From Felis catus (lineage: Eukaryota), in contig NC_058368.1 of the NCBI RefSeq assembly GCF_018350175.1, positions 196,852,001 through 196,916,000 on the forward strand: DNA of 64,000 nt, given 5' to 3'. The number at the start of each line of letters is the position of its first letter. Position 1 is the first letter of the stretch. The position numbers and the translations under genes are program-made. The notes beneath the pieces were generated by a model. That model was given only the letters and a program-made list of their open reading frames with translations. It ran no database searches and had not been told where the DNA came from. Below, piece after piece: positions 1 through 12,313 of the stretch.

Positions 1-179
1 TGTCTGAGAGGAGAGTTTGTGAGAGCTGAGAATATCCCTAGGGGAGGCAGTGAGGCAGTGCAGATCCACACCCGCATCCCAAATCCTCACGGGGGACCAC
101 CTCGCCCAGCCCTGCCCCTCAGAGCCACTTCCTACGGCCCCAAAGCGGAGTGGGACGGTTAGAGGCAGTGAGTGCGGCC

Positions 180-400
180 TAATGGATTTGTACTCAGACC
201 ATGAACTCCGATACACGAGCGAGCGTATGAGTCCTGGTTCACTTGCTTCCTAGCTGTGGGACCTTGGGCAAGTGTTTTACCCTCTCTGAGCCTGTTCTGT
301 CAACTGCAAATGGGGTAATCAAAACACCTACTTCACTGGGTGGATCAAACCATGCCTGGTTCAGAGGAGGTATTCGATCAGCCTGAGCTGCTGATAGTTA
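180..400 (+). mobile_element. MIR (other MIRs at ~2410-2520, 19560-19790, 35910-36110, 43350-43600, 48070-48260)
   Basis: Core motif ctagctgtgggaccttgggcaagt..cctctctgagcct..tgcaaatgggg.taat. Confidence 0.7.
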
Positions 401-537
401 TTCAGAGCTGGTTCCTTACCCAAACCCAGAGATCAGCTCTCCTGTCTGCATACAAAAAAATACTCAGAGAAAGAGTAGCACAGGAGGCAGAGGAGAAAGC
501 CCTACCCTGGCTCTTCAGAATCACGTGAGGGGACCAC

Positions 538-556
538 CTCTGCCACCTCCTGGCTA
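538..556 (-). promoter_or_regulatory. Candidate CTCF site
   Basis: Minus strand TAGCCAGGAGGTGGCAGAG; motif evidence only. Confidence 0.3.
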
Positions 557-705
557 TGCCGTGTTGGGCACTCCCTTCACCCGCTTAGCCTCAGCTTCCT
601 CATCTCCAAAAAGGGTCTAAGCCTGCCCCACCCACTGCATAGTCCTGCTCCTTGGGATGGCTGGGATGCAACCCTTCCTCCGTCGCCCCCGCCCTGGGAG
701 CTCAC

Positions 706-836
706 CCTGGGCACAAGCCCAGCTTCCTGCTTCAGCAGCTGGCTCAGCCGGGTGGTCTTCTTGGAGAGGGTGTGCGTGTTGATCCGGGCCAGCCTCTCCC
801 GGAGCGTCAGCTGCCCCACTTTGGTATACTTGGAGG
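706..836 (-). CDS. ARHGEF37: ARHGEF37 coding exon 5; (A)[43 protein letters not shown]
   Basis: Acceptor ctctgttggtgcag|CC, donor AGG|gtgagc; 131 nt; cumulative CDS is 789 nt, ending in phase 0. Confidence 0.95.
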
Positions 837-1639
837 CTGCACCAACAGAGGACAGAGAAGGCATGGGAACCAAAGCCGACCCAGGAAAGCAGGCATCCCT
901 GACACACCTGGTCAGGCATCCCTGACGCACCCACCCAGAGCCCTCTTCTCAGACATCAGCATCACGTCCATTAGGATGGCAGGCTGCTGAGGAAGAGCAC
1001 AGGGCTCGGCGCCCCTCGCTCCAAGGTGTGAGCCCCGGCTCAGGAGCTGTGGGACTTTGGCAAGTCGCCACTTCTTGGGCCCATTTCTTCATTTGCACAC
1101 GAGACCAGCCCCCTCGTGTGATTGCTGGGAGGGTCACATAAGATAGTGGGTCTGAAGGCACTTTCTAAAGAAGAGGGAGGTGATTTGCCTGGGGCCCCGT
1201 GGCCAGTGATAGCCAGGCCAGGCTGGGGCGCACACATCCCCGGTCCTGGTGTAGGACCGGTCTGCCACCCAGCCCCGGGGCCTGAGTTTGACACCCAGCT
1301 CTGCCTCTTCCCAGCTCTGCCAGCTCTCATTTTACCTGGAGTGTAGATTGTAAGGCTCAGCCCAGATAATGAATGAAAGACGTGTCACGGTCAGCCCTGG
1401 GAAACGTGAGCTGACTAAACTAGCACCTCTGTACCATCTAGGTCGTGCGGTTGCGTTTTCTCCCTGCTTGGGACACGGCTTCCTTTTCAAAGTCCTTCCG
1501 TTCCAACAACCTGAGAGATAGAGTTCCCCACCCACTAGCTGCTCTTCCCAAGGTATATATACACGGCTCCTGGCCTCCCCCTATTCATGTCCCCTCCGCA
1601 GTAGAGCAGCCTCCTGGTTCGGATGGGACTGATCTCACT

Positions 1640-2120
1640 TTAGTTCAAGGGGTGGGGGCTCACGGGCATAAGCCAGTTCACGTAATCCCAAACCCCTGGC
1701 CACAGTGATTGGTCTCAAGAATGAAACATAAACCAGGCCCAAGCCAATCAGCTCATGGCATTCTCCTAAGCGTGGTGATTGGTTCAGGGGGAGCACATGA
1801 CCCAAGTGGATCCTATCAGCATGAAGCTCCAATTTAATTTTATGACTAAGGGGAGAAAGGCCCCGTCTTCTCCTAGAGGCTTTGCTGTGCAGATGTGAGT
1901 CTTGGAACTACTATCATGAGGGAGGCCAGCCTGAAGATGACGCTGACACACAGTAAAGACCGGAGATAAGAGAATTATGGGAAATGGAGCCAGCCCCCTG
2001 ATTAAACCCTACCGAAAGCCCATATTATCTCTGGACTTGTGGTTACGTGAGCTGCTACATTCCCTTTATTAATGAAGACAGTCTGAGATGAGTTTTGGAT
2101 CTGGAAGCATTCTCACTGAT
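1640..2120 (+). mobile_element. Old MaLR LTR (MLT1-type)
   Basis: gtgattggttcagg..catgacccaag, gccaatcag, ctggacttgtggttacgtgagc..attccctttatt. Confidence 0.6.
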
Positions 2121-2149
2121 AACAGCCCCTAAATCCCCCCAGTCCTTAC

Positions 2150-2349
2150 CCACTTCCTTGCGCCTCTTGTACTCATTGATGTTGGCGTTCACGTCTTGGA
2201 GGGCAGAGGCAGCCCTCTGAAGTACAGGGTAGGCACTGGCATCAGGATCTGTGTTCTCCAGGATTTTCTGCAGCAGCAACGGGTACTTGGTAATCCTCTG
2301 CAGAGGGATTACCAGTAAGAAACTGAGGCCTGAGGGCCCAGCTTGTGGC
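2150..2349 (-). CDS. ARHGEF37: ARHGEF37 coding exon 4; (V)[66 protein letters not shown]
   Basis: Acceptor ttctccccccag|G, donor TGG|gtaagg; 200 nt; DH CR3 motif [12 protein letters not shown]. Confidence 0.96.
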
Positions 2350-3477
2350 CTGGGGGGAGAAGGCTGGCGTTAGGTAGGTAAAGCCCACCCTTTCGGGCAC
2401 CAGGAGGACTGGGCTCTGGTCCCAGAGCTGCCGTTTAACTCGCCGTGGGCTCTCAGGTAAGTCACCCTCCTTCCATGGCCCTCGGTTTCCTCATCTGTAA
2501 CGCGTGAGGTCTAGATGTTAGATAGGCAGTGCTACTCCTCACTGTACCTCTTTCTGGGCCCTGACTCCCCATCTGTACTAAATGCAACGGTTAGTTCTTT
2601 GCCCTCAGCTTCCTTGGCCTCTCAGCAGCAGACACAGCTGACTGCTCCCTGCTCTTTTTTTTTTTTTTTAATGTTTATTAATTTTTGAAGGAGAGAGAGA
2701 CAGAGCATGAGCGGGGGAGGGGCAGAGAGAGAGAGGGAGACACAGAATCAGAAATGGGCTCCAGGCTCCGAGCTGTCAGCACAGAGCCCGACGAGCGGCT
2801 GTAACTCACGAACCATGAGATCATGACCTGAGCCGAAGTCGGTCGCTTAACCAACTGAGCCACCCAGGCACCCCTGCTCCCTGCTCTTAAAACAGTTTCT
2901 TCTTTTGGCCCCATAGATGCCCATTGTCCTCCTTCTCCTTCTCCATGGGCCATTTTCTTGGCCTGTGGCTTTAAGCACATCCCAAACCCAGATCTCCATT
3001 TCCAGCTTCTGTCCAGAGCTCCAGACTCACACAGTCAACTGCCTGCTTGACACGCCCACTTGGCACCGTCTCAAGCACAACTCCGTATGCGGGACATCCA
3101 TTTCATATTTCATTCATTAAAATGGTTCTGTTGCTTTAAAAATCAAAAGTTTTCTGTGTCTCCCTCACTCTCTGCCCCTCCCCCACCAGTACTCTGTCTC
3201 TCTCTCTTTCTCTCTCAAAAATAAATAAAACATTTAAAACAATTTTTAAATCAAAAGTTTTAGGGGCGCCTGGGGGGCTCATTCGGTTAGGCATCTGACT
3301 CTTGATTTCGGCTCAACTCATGATCTCACAGTTTATGAATCTGAGCCCTCGTCGAGCTCCACGCTGACAGTGGGGAGCTTGCTTGGGACTCTCTCTCTTT
3401 CTGCCCCAACCCTGCTTGTGCACATACACACACTCTCTCTCAAAATAAATAAATGAAAATTAAAAAAAAATAAAACT

Positions 3478-3640
3478 CGGGGGAAAATGGGTGATGGGCA
3501 TTGAGGAGGGCAGTTCTTGGGATGAGCACCGGGTGTTGTATGTAAGCTATGAATCACGGGAATCGATCTCTGAAGTCAAGAGCACACTGTATACACCGTA
3601 TGTTAGCTAACTTGGCAATAAACTATATTTAAAAAAAATC
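3478..3640 (+). mobile_element. 5'-truncated carnivore/felid L1 3'UTR
   Basis: ggggaaaatgggtgatgggcattgaggaggg..gggatgagcac..tgttagctaactt..aataaa followed by an A-rich tail. Confidence 0.85.
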
Positions 3641-3679
3641 AAATCAAATCAATCGATCAAGAAATAAATATTTTTTAAA

Positions 3680-4490
3680 AATGAACTGCTAAAAAGACTC
3701 GCTTGCCCAAACTCTACACCTCAGCCTCAAGATCTCTTCCAAGGACAAATACAAATCTCATAAACCTTCTTCACAAATACTAATAACAACAAAATCTCCG
3801 GATCTGTCTGTATATTTATATACGTTGCATCTATTTTGAATATATGGCACTTTCTACCTCTAAGGTATTGCTAAAATTACTTGGCAAAACAATTCTCTTT
3901 AACCAGCTTAAAGAAAATGAAGCACTTACATAATCCTAGTATTCATAAAAATTCTCAAAAATGGGGGTGCCTGGCTGGCTCAGTTGGTAAGCATGTAACT
4001 GTTGATCTTAGGGTTATGATTTCCAGCTCCATGTTGGGTGTAGAGATTACTTAAGTAAAACTTCTTTAAAATTTCTCAAAAACAGAATAAAAACAACCAA
4101 AGTGAATTTCAGGTTTATGTGATCTGGGACAAGATTTGGTAATAAAGCTAGTTTATCAGTTTAGTTAAAACAGGCTTGTCTTGGGGCACCTGGGTGGCTC
4201 ATTCAGTTAAGCATCTGACTTCAGCTCAGGTCATGATCTCACAGTTTGTGAGTTCAAGCCCCACATCGGGCTCTGTGCAGACACTTCAGAGCCTGGAGCC
4301 TGCTTTAGATTCTGTGTCTCCCTCTCTGTCTGCCCCTCCCTCCCTCTCTCTCTCAAAAATAAATAAACATTTTTTAAAAAGGCCTATCTCTACAGTCATC
4401 AACATTAAATATGAAATATTTATTCTACCCAGGTTTACTAAAATAAGCTCGTGTTATCGCTGTTACAAAATTTGTCAATAAAAACTTGGT
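3680..4490 (+). mobile_element. ERV1 internal-like segment without LTRs (interrupted by SINEs at ~3963-4065 and ~4183-4380)
   Basis: gtgatctggga..tttggtaataaagctagtt..ttaaaacaggc.tgtctt and tattctacccaggtttacta..aataagctc.tgttatc.ctgttacaaaatttgtca resemble MER4/MER34-group internal sequence as recalled. Confidence 0.5.
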
Positions 4491-4822
4491 AAATAAAACT
4501 TAAAAAAATAAAAAATCAAAGTCAAAAGATTTAAAAAAAATCACAGGCACTTTATGTTTAGGATGCATTTAAAGTATTTAAGGGTAAAAAGTCATAATGT
4601 CTACATTTGTCTTTAAATAGTTTAGTATAAAGATAGATGAAACAAAATGTTAACACTGGTTAATTTTAGGAAGTGGCATACGTTTATTACATTGTTCCAT
4701 TTTTCTACAGATGTGAAAATTTTCACTAAAAAGCTAAAAAATAAAACAAAACACATGAACAACTAGCGTCAAGACCCCTTCCAGATGCACTATTTGATGA
4801 ATGGATGACCGTTTCTAGTCCC

Positions 4823-5050
4823 TTTTTTTTTTTTTTTAATTTTTTTTCAACGTTTATTTATTTTTGGGACAGAGAGAGACAGAGCATGAACAGGGGAGGG
4901 GCAGAGAGAGAGGGAGACACAGAATCAGAAACAGGCTCCAGGCTCTGAGCCATCGGCCCAGAGCCCGACGCGGGGCTCGAACTCCCGGACCGCGAGATCG
5001 TGACCTGGCTGAAGTCGGACGCTTAACCAACTGCGCCACCCAGGCGCCCC
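4823..5050 (-). mobile_element. Young felid CAN-SINE
   Basis: Near-consensus with CpGs intact; TSD tctagtcccttt. Confidence 0.92.
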
Positions 5051-5769
5051 TCTAGTCCCTTTCTTGATGATGTCTGGTATTTGCAGAAAGAATGCTCAAG
5101 TCAATGGCATCTGGGAAGAGGTTCCAACAGTCTTCCCTTGATCGTGACCAGCAGCCTTTAGACCTGCCTTTCGAGAAGCTCGCGAGGATTTCAAGCCTCA
5201 GTGTCTACGCATGCCTCCTCCAAGAAGACTCACAGACGCTGCTCACAGCCATTCTCTGCCCCCCTCTCCATGGTACCCGTGCCTCTTGCTCTTCCTCCAA
5301 AGGAAGTATTTCCAGACCAAATGTCCAGCAAAAATCAGTCATGAGGCTAAGAATAGGCAAAGCAGGTGGGTGCCCCTTCATTAGCTGCAGGGGGTTGGGG
5401 GGGTGGGTAGGGGTAGAATTACCTGTCAGGACATGCCTACGCTAACCATCTGCTCTCACCACGGGTTTCCTAGCACTTGGCTGACCACGAGCAGGGGAGA
5501 TGGAGAAAGTCACCAGATATTTGCAATACTCTATCCTCTGAGCTTACTTTCCATGGGAAAGGGCCAACTGCCTCCTGGGGACAGCTGTCACTCCACAAAT
5601 AAGGGGATGGGGGGGTCTTCAAAGAAATGATCACAGCTCTTCTCCAGAATTATCAAGCAGTCATGACAGAATCACAGCAGCCTTTTATGTTTATGGCTTT
5701 TCTAAGGTAATCTGGAGAAAATGTTTAAGTAGCCTTTCAGACAGGCAACAAAAACTGAAAGATAATCCA

Positions 5770-5826
5770 AAGGGAGGGAGGGAGGGAGGGAGGGAGGAAG
5801 GAAGGAAGGAAGGAAGGAAAAGAAAA
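5770..5826. repeat. (AGGG)n(AAGG)n polypurine microsatellite
   Basis: Read directly from the sequence. Confidence 0.9.
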
Positions 5827-6263
5827 TGGGTGTGGGAAGGGGAAACAGGCCCACTTACATTCTCTTGGTGGTAGCAGCAATTGGTAAGATCATTTTGAAG
5901 AACAGTTTGGCAACTTGTGAAATGTACAAATCCTTGTTCCATCGATCCTACTCCAGATATCTGCCCACAGAAATGTCAACTCAAGCGAGCAAAGGTAAAG
6001 GTGGGAGCTACCAACAACTCTATTTATCGCAGTAAAAAATTGGAAACAAGCCAGATATCCATCAGTAGGGGCTTGGTTAAATAAACCACAGTCTGAACTG
6101 CCCTGGAAAGGAGCTCTGTGGGGCCATTAACAAGAACATGCTAGAAGTATTCCTAGTGTTGTGAAAAGATATTCATGACCGTGGTTAAGTGAAAAAGTAA
6201 GTTCTAGAAAAGCAGGTAAGTCAGAGCCCCTTTAAATTTCTCCTTCCTTCATTACTTTTCTTT

Positions 6264-6306
6264 CCATTCATCCATCCATCCATCCATCCATCCATCCATC
6301 CATCCC
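6264..6306. repeat. (CCAT)n microsatellite
   Basis: Read directly from the sequence. Confidence 0.9.
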
Positions 6307-6594
6307 TTAGACTTCTGCGTGTAAAGTCTGTCTGCCTGTCTTTAAATGAACAGAAGAAAACCTGGATAGAAAAGGTTAACTATGAGGTGGAGAGATGGGG
6401 AAATGTGAGACCAACGGGGAATGGACTTTTACCTTTTACTTTATATATCTGTGTATTGTTTAAATGTTCCTTTTTTTTTTTTTTAGTAAGCATACATTGC
6501 TTTTATATTTATTTATTTGTTAAAGTTTATTTATTTACAGGGAGAAAGAGAGAGCATGAATGCATGCACCTGTGCCCACAAGCAAGGGAGGGGC

Positions 6595-6639
<45 letters not shown>

Positions 6640-7360
6640 ATGAGTAGGGGAGGGGCAGAGAGAGAAGGGGACAGAGAACCTGAAGTGGGCTCCCTGCTGT
6701 CAGCAGAGAGCCCGGGGCTTGAACTCACAAACTGTGGGATCCTGACCCGAGTCGAAGTTGGGCACTTCCCTGACTGAGCCATCTGTCAGCTCAGGTCATG
6801 ATTTCACAGTCATGGGATTGAGCCCTGCGTCAGGCTCTGCCCTGAGCGTGGAGCCTGCTTAAGATTCTCTCTTTCCCTCTGCCCCTCCCCAGCTCACGTG
6901 CTCTCTCTCTGTCTAAAATAAAAATTAAAATAGACAAACGAATAAATAAAAATAAAACAAACCAAGATGGCCAATAAAGGAAAACAAAGAAGGTTTATCT
7001 GCCTTCTGCAAACTGCCTCCGCCATCATTCTGAGTGCTTCATGCCTCTGCAAGGCAGCCTCCCCCGGCTGACAGCTGTATAATCAGAGGCAGAACTTCCT
7101 GCATACGGCACGGGCGAGCCTTTGATCCCCTTGGCCCTCAAGGTGGGAGCTGCATTAAGAGACAGGATAAACTGAACACCTCACCCACTCACCCACCCAA
7201 ATAAAGGGCGGGAGGCAGCATGCATTTTGGGATCGCAAAGAATCTGATCAGACGGTCCATCCTATCCGGACGAGAAAGAACCACTTACGGTCGGTGTGGG
7301 GATTCTGGTTGGCTGAGCTCTGGAAAGAGTCCCATGATCATAAGCACAAGAAAGCCAAGA

Positions 7361-7397
7361 GCGGGTATAGCTCACTGGTAGAGCATTTGACTGCAGA
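7361..7397 (+). pseudogene. 5'-half tRNA-Cys(GCA) tailless retropseudogene
   Basis: GCGGGTATAGCTCACTGGTAGAGCATTTGACTGCAGA versus mammalian tRNA-Cys GGGGGTATAGCTCAGTGGTAGAGCATTTGACTGCAGA (2 mismatches); flanked by the direct repeat AAGCACAAGAAAGCCA at 7342-7357 and 7397-7412. Confidence 0.9.
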
Positions 7398-8842
7398 AGC
7401 ACAAGAAAGCCAGGATTATTGTTTCAAGAGAGAGGAGACAGCAATGCTGACAGGAAGAACGGCATCCCTGGTGCAACACTGGACCAGAGGCTCTCCCCGA
7501 GGGGCACTGTGGAAACCTTCGGGCACCAGGCAGCTACAGGCACTTAGTGGGCGGGGACCAGGGGAGCGGGACATCTGCAACGACAGTCCCGCACTGTGCA
7601 GAATAGTGCTATGTCTCCCACGTCCCTCTGAACATTCAGAGACTGAATGAATGCCTCAAAATGAGCTGTGATTTCAAGAACTGAGATCTGAACTCCATCT
7701 AGTCACTTACCAGAACACTGGAAATTATTATGATGCTACCCTTCATAAACAAGACCCAGGTCATCTGCAAGAACATCATTACTTCCTCACTTCCACTGCC
7801 CCCCCCCCCCCGCCCAGATGTGACGTTATCCCTACATCACCTATGTCGTTTCTTTCTTTTTCATATCATACACAGGGAAGTCAAATTTGCTATCACTGCT
7901 ACTTGTCATTCTAGGGGACGCACATTCTCTGCTCTCTCCTTTTTCCCTACTTCTTTCTTATGCAGAATGGCTTCTGACTTTCCTTTCCTTGAATCCAAAC
8001 TTATTTTATTATAAGTAGGTGCCAGCATCTGATTGCTTCATTAGATTTTCTAGGGTAGTGGTGCCCAAGTATTTGCACACCGAAATACATATAACTTGAT
8101 TAGAAATTATTTTCCTTTTACTTCTCCTTTTTATTTTGAGCCATTATATTGATTTTTTTTTAAGTTCTGTATATGTAGATTTCAAGAATATATTTCAGGA
8201 TATTAATGGGGGGAGGGGCAAAGGGAGAGGGAGAATCTTAAGCAGGCTCCACGCTCAGTGTGGAACCCAACATGGGGCTCGATCCCACGACCCTGGGATC
8301 ATGACCTGAGCTGACATCAAGAGTCGGATGCTCAACGGACTGAGCCACCCAGGCACCCCTCAGGATAATAGTTTAATGTCTGTTATAAAAAAGGAGCATT
8401 GGAACCATTAGATCTGAGAGCCATGATGTGGTTTCAAGGGACAAGGATAGCCAAGACAAGGATGAGAGCTGGGGCTCATAGAGTGTCACTTGGGTACAAT
8501 GAGTCCGTGTCCCCAGGAGGTGTAGTTATTACTCCCCCATTAAGTAAGGAAACTAGGTTCTGATTCATGAAATGGCTTCACCAAGGTGAGTTAGGAGCAG
8601 AGCCAGGTCCGCTACTGGGCAGTGTGGCCCTGGAGCCCATGAGAAAAGTCTGGACTGGCCTGGCTGGGAAAGACCAGAGTGTGGAAGGCACGACAAACAG
8701 CAGCCTCTGTACCAACCACGGCCCCCCAACAGTGCTTCTAACATGTCAGAGCTAGATGCCAGCATTTGGCGCCTGGGAGACGTTATATCCAAGTTTCTGA
8801 CTTCTCTGGAAAAATCAGAGGATCTCATTCCTACACGGCATT

Positions 8843-9377
8843 TGAGGCAGATGGTTTGTAAAATAGGGCTGTAATCATCCTACTCTCTGTGTTCGCACCC
8901 TTTGTTGTGGTGGTGGTGGTTGTATCCACACCCTCTGAATATGACCTTGAAGCTCCTCTATTCTATTTTTCCGCCCCTTGGGTCTGTCGCAGCATGCCAG
9001 TTCCCAGCCAAGACCTCTAAAGGCCTTAGCCTGCCCTGCCCTCTCACCGTCCTTCTCCCCACCTCCTGCTCTCTCCCTCTCTCTATCCTGTGACCACCGT
9101 GTGAACGAGCCTGGGCCACCTGCCAGGTGATGAGAGGCTGTACCGCCAGAGCTGAGTCAGCTCACGTGTCTCAGATGCACGACAGAGCCCCGCCAAGATC
9201 AGCAAAGCTGACCTTCGGTCGATCACAGGCGCGTGAAGGTGCTCTGCCAGGGCTGGTAGAACGGTTTACCGAGCCTGGCCACATTGCTAACAGGCAACAA
9301 CGTGAGCCAAACAAATGTTTGTCTTAAGCCGTTCCATTCTGGGGTGGTCTGCTACATAGCAAAAGCTACTTGATAGA
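8843..9377 (+). mobile_element. Old MaLR LTR (MLT1F/G/H-like)
   Basis: tgccagttcccagcc, ccgtgtgaacgagcctggg and terminal taagcc..ttctggggtggtctgctacatagcaaaagcta..tgata. Confidence 0.65.
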
Positions 9378-11279
9378 GCAACAATCAGTGGAAGGTGGGC
9401 TGCAACCACTCTCTCTGCAGGGTCTGTTGGCTCCGGTTGGCCTCAGTCTCCACTGCTCCCTTTTGCCTCGCACCGGGCACCTTGCTTCCCTCATTTCTGT
9501 TATCTGCCTCTCTCCTACTGAAATGTATTTAGTGACCGCTGCAAAAGCCTAAATTTGTTAAGACCCGTGGAAGGATGAATCAAAGGAGGAAGTGAATGTA
9601 GGTTTTGAGGGGCAGGGAGGGGCTAGGACATGGGTACTTGAAAAGAAGGCTTCAGGGGGGTTGAGGGCATAAGGTAAGAGAGAGGAGGAGGGGAGGTAGC
9701 AGGAGGTTCCACATGAGATACCGTCATCTTCAAAGACCTAAATCGAGGCGCCCGGGTGGCTCAGTCGGATAAGCATCCGACTCCAGACTCTGGCTCGGGT
9801 CATGATCTCGTAGTCCGTGAGTTCGAGGGCTGCGTTGGGCTCTGCGCTGACCAGGTGGAGACTGCTTGGGATTCTCTCTCCCCCTCTCTCTCTACCCATC
9901 CCTATTGCTTGCTCTCTCTCAAAAAAAAAAAAAAAAAAAAAGAGAGAGAGAAAGATCTAAATCTATATACTGTGTTTCTCTTGGGTGTAAAGGGAATGTC
10001 TAAGCAAGACGAAATGGTCATAACCTTTGTTCTTCCTGCCCTATTCTGATTTCCAGAAAATAACCTTCATCTCTCTCCATTTGGTGAGCTTGTCCTGGGG
10101 AAGACATAAGCCTTTGTAAAACAGAAAAGAAGCAGGACAATCCCAGGCAAGGAAATATAAACAAGTCTTAAATGTACAAAGGGATGACCAACTTTAATCA
10201 CAAGAAGCAAATGCAACACGAAACTGCACTGAGACACCATTTGTCACCTGTCTCAGAGGCAAATATTCTAAAGTTTAATAACATAGTCTGGTGACACTAT
10301 GAGGAAACAGACACCCCTACCTTGGTCATGGGAATGCAACTTGGTGTAGCCTCTACAGAAGGAAATTTTGCAATAGTATCAAAATTATCCATACATAATA
10401 TCTTTGACCTAGCAACCCATGTCTGGAATTTACCTCACAGAAATACCTGTACCTGAGTAAAATGACATATGCTCATAAATAATTACTCAACACTACCTGT
10501 AACATCAAAAGAAAAGAAGTGAACCAATGTCCGTTAATAAGAGACCAGTTAGGGGCGCCTGGGTGGCTCAGTCAGTTAAATGTCTGAATCTTTATTTCAG
10601 CTCAGGTCATGATCTCACAGCTCGTGGGTTCGAGCCCCGCGTCTGGCTCTGTGCTGACAGCTCAGAGCCTGGAGCCTGCTTCGGATTCTGTGTCTCCCTC
10701 TCGCTCTCTGCCGCCCTCCCACTTGCACTCTGTCTCCCTCTGTCTCTCAAAAATAAATAAACATTAAAAAAAATTTAAACAAATAAATGGAAAGCTATCC
10801 AAGATACAGTGTAAGTGAAAAAAAATACAAACGTTCTTTAAAAAGGCAGTAAAATGATAGTATATATTTGTATTTGCTTGTGTTCACACACAGGAACTTT
10901 GCCAAGATCCATAAGCAATTTCAAAGAGGCTACCTTAACGCTGGGGCTGGGAGTAGGACTTGGGTAGAGGAAGGGACAGGGTTGGGAAGAATTTTTGGCT
11001 GCCTAAATGTGGATGCTTTTAAGTTTCTGAACCATAACTGCTATCCATTCAAAATTTTAATTAAAAAAAAAAAATTTGTTCTCTATGTATTTCCTTCTAG
11101 ATCTTCCACCCGCTGGGCCCAGCTCTGGGCAGTGAAGCCACCCAGGGCAGTTCTGATCCTGTTTCGTGGGACGGTCTTCAGCTATCTGGAGAGAGACCCT
11201 TCCGGGTGATACAAACCAGCTTCGTGCCACTGCCGCCCTGTCCCACAGCCCGTAATTCCAACCGTCTCACTGCCCTTCC

Positions 11280-11680
11280 TACGGTAGACACGAGTGCTGT
11301 TCGCCACATGTTTCTGTTCTTCCACCTCTGGACACACGGCAGGGTAGAAGCCCTGGCCTCCTGGTGGTCGGATGAAGCCACGTGATTAGTTCTGGCCCAC
11401 GGATCACGAGAGCTGATAGAGACCATTTCTGGTCGGGAGCGTTTAATTACCAGCATTAGACCCTGCAGAGCTCTTTCCCCTTTGTCACAGTTACTGGCAA
11501 TAATGCAGAGAGTGGCTCCCGTCAAGCTTGGGCCCCAGTGTGAGGATGACACAGACAAGGGCCTCAAGTCAACTGCAGTGGCGCATAAGGAAGGCATAAA
11601 CCTTTGCTGTTTGAAGCCGCCAAGAGCGGGGCGGGGGAGGGGGGATGTTTGTCTCTGCAGCCTCGCCTGACTGAGACACT
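11280..11680 (+). mobile_element. Old MaLR LTR (MLT1J-like)
   Basis: gccacgtgattagttctggcc, gagcgtttaatt, cagagctctttcccct, ataaacctttgctgtttgaagcc. Confidence 0.6.
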
Positions 11681-11784
11681 CCTGAAGCAGCGTGAGCGGC
11701 ACCAAGGAGGGGTGAGACCTTAACGGCTCCTGACCTCGGAGTCAAGGGCAGCGGAAACGAGTGCTCACTGGTCATACTACTTAC

Positions 11785-11932
11785 ACCGCTGCCTCAATGA
11801 TGCCCTGGATCTCTCGCTGAAGCTCTGGCTCCTTCCGGTAGGTCTCCACCAGCAGCAAGGCCTGGTCGTAGCTGGCGCAGTAGACCTTATAGACTCGCTC
11901 CAGCTCCTCTTGGAATTCCAGGAATAAGTTGC
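11785..11932 (-). CDS. ARHGEF37: ARHGEF37 coding exon 3; (G)[48 protein letters not shown](V)
   Basis: Not in the ORF track; read manually. Acceptor ctttcaccaccag|GC, donor GGT|gtaagt; 148 nt; phases 1/2 fit the neighbouring exons. Confidence 0.95.
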
Positions 11933-12313
11933 CTGGTGGTGAAAGAGCGACAAGAAACCCTCAGGGGCATGTCTGTCCGTACCCTTGCTTGGGACACGGA
12001 GGTGTTGAGAGAGACAGCTAAGCCCTCGGCTCGGGAGTGAGGCTGCCAGGCCTAACCCGCTTTGTCACTTTGGGCACGTTCACGCTTCTTCCTGAGCTTC
12101 CGCGTTTTCATCTCACGTTCAAAAGGCGGCTAGAAGGATTAAGTGACAGGGTGATACAGGGCTCAGGCTGGTGCACTGTGAGTCTTAATAAATGGTAGGC
12201 ATAATTATGGCAACGATATTAAGAATTCCCCTATCTGTACAGTGCTTTACAGTTCATAAAACACACTCGTGTTATAGCTTTACAATTGTATCTTGACAAT
12301 TACTGTGTGTGGC

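Noticed and set aside
7361..7432. Functional tRNA-Cys gene
   Set aside because: The 3' half (T arm/B box and acceptor 3' strand) is absent.
11178..11705. 175-aa minus-strand ORF
   Set aside because: Overlaps an old MLT1 LTR; no homology or splice context. The real exon is at 11785-11932.
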